A stretch of DNA of 64,000 nucleotides from Phormidesmis sp. Lineage in GTDB: Bacteria; Cyanobacteriota; Cyanobacteriia; Leptolyngbyales; Leptolyngbyaceae. Of the stretch, positions 61,178 through 64,000 are shown in pieces. Under the pieces are notes generated by a model that was not told the origin of the DNA, ran no database searches, and saw only the letters and a list, made by a program, of their open reading frames with translations. The stretch is from contig CBDFJR010000002.1 in assembly GCA_965248535.1 (NCBI GenBank), forward strand, positions 1,696,001 to 1,760,000. Direction: 5' to 3'. The position numbers and the translations under genes were made by a program. Position 1 is the stretch's first letter. Every line of letters begins with the position of its first letter.

Positions 61178-61436
61178 AGGAAAGGGGGAAGGGTGAAACG
61201 GTGTAAGTCTGCGATCGTGTCTGCAAGTCTCTCAAGAGCGAACTGCGATCGTCCTTCCATGCTAAACGCTCTGACGAATTCCCAGACACTGACCCTTGAT
61301 CGTTAGGGCGCTAGCCGCCAATTTCAGCAGAGTTTCAGGTCGCAGTTTAAGCCACTGACTTGAACCAACGAGTGGACGATCGCGATCGAGCTAGACGACT
61401 CAAAACCTTTTGTTCCATAAACCATTTCTCTGATCT

Positions 61437-62669
61437 GTGGTCATAATGGGGGCTGGTTTAAAAATGCCATTGAGCGCGAGGAATGGGTTGTCTAAAACGA
61501 CTGAGATTCTAACCAATCGACTGAGAGTGGGGGTGCAGGCGCTGATCGCAGTCGTGTGCTTCGTGAGTCTGATTTGGGTAGCTCACCCAGCCGTCTCTCA
61601 AGAAAAGGGTCTCGACGACCTCAAGCAGCAGCAGCAGCAAATTGAGCAGCAGCGATCGGCGGTGCAAAAAGAGCGCGATCGGGTGCAAAATCTAGAAAAA
61701 TCTGCTCAGACTAATCTCAAAGGTCTTCGCAAAACGATTCAAATCACCGCGGGGCAGGTGCAGACTAGTGAAACGAAGCTGAAACAGGCAGCCCAGCAGC
61801 TTAAAGCGCTGCAAATTGCGTTAGACTCCGCCGATCGCACCTATCGCCAAAAGCAGGCAGCAACGGGGTCTCGACTGCGCTTTTTGCAGCGCCAGCAGAG
61901 AAGTCACGGCTGGGCAGTGCTGCTGCAAAGTCAGAGCCTCAATGATTTTATTGATCGTCGTCAGCAGCTAAAGCGAGTCTATAAGACCGATCGTAAGATC
62001 CTGACAGATTTGAAATCAGCCGCCGTTCGGCTCGATCGGCAACAAAATCAGGTCGAGCAGCAAAAAAACCAGATTGCGCTCATTACCCAAGAGCTATTGG
62101 CGCAAAAGTCAGAATTTGAGGCGCAGGCAGACTATCAAACTAAAGTGGTCGATCGCTTAAAGACCGATCGCCGAGCGCTCGAAGCTGCCGAGGCTCAACT
62201 GGCTAAAGATTCTCAAGGCATCGGATCACTGATTCAAAAAAGAGTGGCCGAAGAACGCGCCAAAAACGGCATTGTTGTCTTGGGTACGGGGCAGATGAGC
62301 TACCCCAGTGATGGCGAGATCACGAGTGGGTTTGGCTGGCGAATGCACCCGATTTTGGGCTACCAGCGCTTTCACTCTGGCGTAGATTTTGGGGCTGACT
62401 ATGGCAGCACGATTCGATCGTCCGATCGGGGCTTGGTGATTTTTGCCGGATGGTATGGCGGCTATGGCAATGCGGTAATCATTGATCACGGCAACAACAT
62501 TACAACCCTTTACGGACATACAAGCGAACTCTATGTCTCAGAAGGGCAAGCGATCGAGCGAGGGCAACCGATCGCCGCAGTTGGCTCAACCGGACTCTCG
62601 ACCGGGCCTCACCTGCATTTTGAAGTTAGACAAAACGGCGAACCTGTTGACCCAATGAGCTACTTTTAG
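61437..62669 (+). CDS. Coiled-coil + M23 peptidase (EnvC-like)
   Basis: Long coiled coil, HSGVD, YGH, TGLSTGPHLHFEVR. Confidence 0.92.
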   Translation: MVIMGAGLKMPLSARNGLSKTTEILTNRLRVGVQALIAVVCFVSLIWVAHPAVSQEKGLDDLKQQQQQIEQQRSAVQKERDRVQNLEKSAQTNLKGLRKTIQITAGQVQTSETKLKQAAQQLKALQIALDSADRTYRQKQAATGSRLRFLQRQQRSHGWAVLLQSQSLNDFIDRRQQLKRVYKTDRKILTDLKSAAVRLDRQQNQVEQQKNQIALITQELLAQKSEFEAQADYQTKVVDRLKTDRRALEAAEAQLAKDSQGIGSLIQKRVAEERAKNGIVVLGTGQMSYPSDGEITSGFGWRMHPILGYQRFHSGVDFGADYGSTIRSSDRGLVIFAGWYGGYGNAVIIDHGNNITTLYGHTSELYVSEGQAIERGQPIAAVGSTGLSTGPHLHFEVRQNGEPVDPMSYF

Positions 62670-62747
62670 CGATCGAGCGAAGGCAAGATTCAAATTTTAT
62701 GCCTCGTTGTCATCTCTATTTTCGGTGCTACAATATTGGCGTGACGA

Positions 62748-62820
62748 GGGCGTGTAGCTCAGTGGATAGAGCATCAGATTCCGGTTCTGAGGGTCGCAGG
62801 TTCGAGTCCCGCCATGCTCG
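62748..62820 (+). tRNA. trnR: tRNA-Arg(CCG)
   Basis: Acceptor GGGCGTG/CATGCTC, anticodon arm TCAGA-TTCCGGT-TCTGA, GGTTCGAGTCC T-arm; TACAAT promoter at 62729. Confidence 0.97.
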
Positions 62821-62827
62821 TATAGAT

Positions 62828-62870
62828 AAAGCCTTTGAGAAGTGTTCATTTCTCAAAGGCTTTAATTTTT
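62828..62870 (+). terminator. Intrinsic terminator after the tRNA
   Basis: AAAGCCTTTGAGAA...TTCTCAAAGGCTTT followed by a T-rich tract. Confidence 0.8.
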
Positions 62871-62890
62871 AAAGATCGGGTTAACGCACC

Positions 62891-64000
62891 ATGACTGACT
62901 CGCCTAGCTCACCTGTGACGCGCAAATCTAGCCAAACCAAACACACGCTTTCGCTGTCTGATCGGCAGATCCATTACACTGCATCTGCTGAGTGGCAGAC
63001 ATTATTTGACCAAGAAAAGCCGATCGCTGAGATGTTTCACGTCGCTTATCTGGCAGAAACCGATGACGCATCAGCACGTCCGATCACGTTTGTGTTTAAC
63101 GGCGGCCCCGGAGCCGCGTCTGCTTACCTACACATGGGAGCGTTGGGGCCAAAGCGCATTCAATTTGGGGTTAACGGCAAGTTGCCCAAACCTCCTGTGC
63201 GGCTAGTAGACAATCTTGAAAGCTGGTTGAGCTTTAGTGATCTGGTGTTTATCGACCCGATCGGGACGGGGTTTAGTCGAAGTTTGCCCAAAGATAAAGA
63301 TGCTGCGGATAAGTCGGGCGACAAGTCTGACTCTAACGAAGCAACGCCGTCTAAAGAAACTGACTTTTGGGAGGTCGAGAGAGATCTAAAATCTCTGGGA
63401 GAGTTCATTCAGCGATTTTTGTCTCGTCAAAAACGCTGGCTGTCTCCGATTTTTATCGCAGGTGAAAGCTATGGCGGCTTTCGAGTGGCCAGGCTGGCCC
63501 GCAAGCTGCAACAAGATTTTGGCGTTGGGCTTTCGGGCGCAATTCTAATTTCTCCGGCTCTAGAATTCAGCTTGTTTGGTGGAAATGACTACACGCTCAC
63601 GTCTTGGGCGACGTTGTTGCCATCTTTAGCGGCGGCAGCGGCTCACCACGATCGCGCTCAGTGGGTGGGTCAACCAGGAGACTTGCAGGCTCAAATCACG
63701 GCAGCCGAGCACTTTGCCCGCCGAACTCTAATTCCGTTTTTGGCGATCGGGGGCAGCAGCACCGCCGAAGAACGCCAGACCGTTTATCAGCAGTTAGCCG
63801 ATCTGATTGGCTTGCCCTTGGCGCTGGTTGAGCGACACGCCGGAAGAATTGGCATTGATGTCTTTGCGAGAGAGTTGCTGCGTGACCAACAGCGCATTGT
63901 TGGACTCTATGACGCATCGATTACGGCGATCGACCCGTTTCCCGATCGGGTGACTTATCAGGGCATCGACCCCACCCTAGACGGACTCGATCGCTTGTTT
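62891..64000 (+). CDS. S10 family serine carboxypeptidase (runs off window; absent from ORF track)
   Basis: ATG 62891; PITFVFNGGPG, DLVFIDPIGTGFS, GESYGG nucleophile motif. Confidence 0.92.
   Translation, partial: MTDSPSSPVTRKSSQTKHTLSLSDRQIHYTASAEWQTLFDQEKPIAEMFHVAYLAETDDASARPITFVFNGGPGAASAYLHMGALGPKRIQFGVNGKLPKPPVRLVDNLESWLSFSDLVFIDPIGTGFSRSLPKDKDAADKSGDKSDSNEATPSKETDFWEVERDLKSLGEFIQRFLSRQKRWLSPIFIAGESYGGFRVARLARKLQQDFGVGLSGAILISPALEFSLFGGNDYTLTSWATLLPSLAAAAAHHDRAQWVGQPGDLQAQITAAEHFARRTLIPFLAIGGSSTAEERQTVYQQLADLIGLPLALVERHAGRIGIDVFARELLRDQQRIVGLYDASITAIDPFPDRVTYQGIDPTLDGLDRLF

Noticed and set aside
62748..62820. tRNA as integration site of the island
   Set aside because: No duplicated tRNA 3' end or integrase seen; flanks are housekeeping-type genes
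1..64000. GCGATCGC abundance as a novel repeat
   Set aside because: This is the well-known cyanobacterial HIP1 sequence

Overview
Cyanobacterial chromosomal window: the HIP1 octamer GCGATCGC is pervasive and the gene families are typically cyanobacterial. Left part (1-26 kb): a flavoprotein disulfide reductase, a merR-AKR operon, a DXCF-cyanobacteriochrome kinase / Rcp1-like RR / hybrid kinase operon, rpsD, yidD, an arsenic cluster (arsM-like, arsR, acr3, arsC, arsH), the cmpABCD bicarbonate transporter (cmpC frameshifted), PPK2, Uma2 and cysK. Middle (26-50 kb): an accessory island with a NarL-type RR, CHASE2 kinase, DUF928, CHAT/TPR protease, two filamentous-haemagglutinin-like proteins and several small secreted proteins. 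It also holds an ECF sigma/anti-sigma module and two toxin-antitoxin cassettes. Right part: a PstS-like/DUF4912 fusion, hydrolase, IS605-derived miniature element, PEP-CTERM protein, K+ channel, a decayed PAS kinase, sppA, EnvC-like M23 protein, tRNA-Arg(CCG) and a truncated S10 carboxypeptidase. Best candidate novel system: the CHASE2-RR-CHAT-FHA island, linked by a repeated promoter architecture (TTCCA-N4-TGGAA box, second box at +21, -10 at +58). Other highlights: 24-27 nt double-mini-hairpin elements inserted in-frame into HIP1 sites, TA cassettes flanked by duplicated gene 3' ends, a three-copy ECF promoter motif, a uORF/hairpin translational switch and an orphan omega-RNA-like element. 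All calls are by eye; no searches were run.
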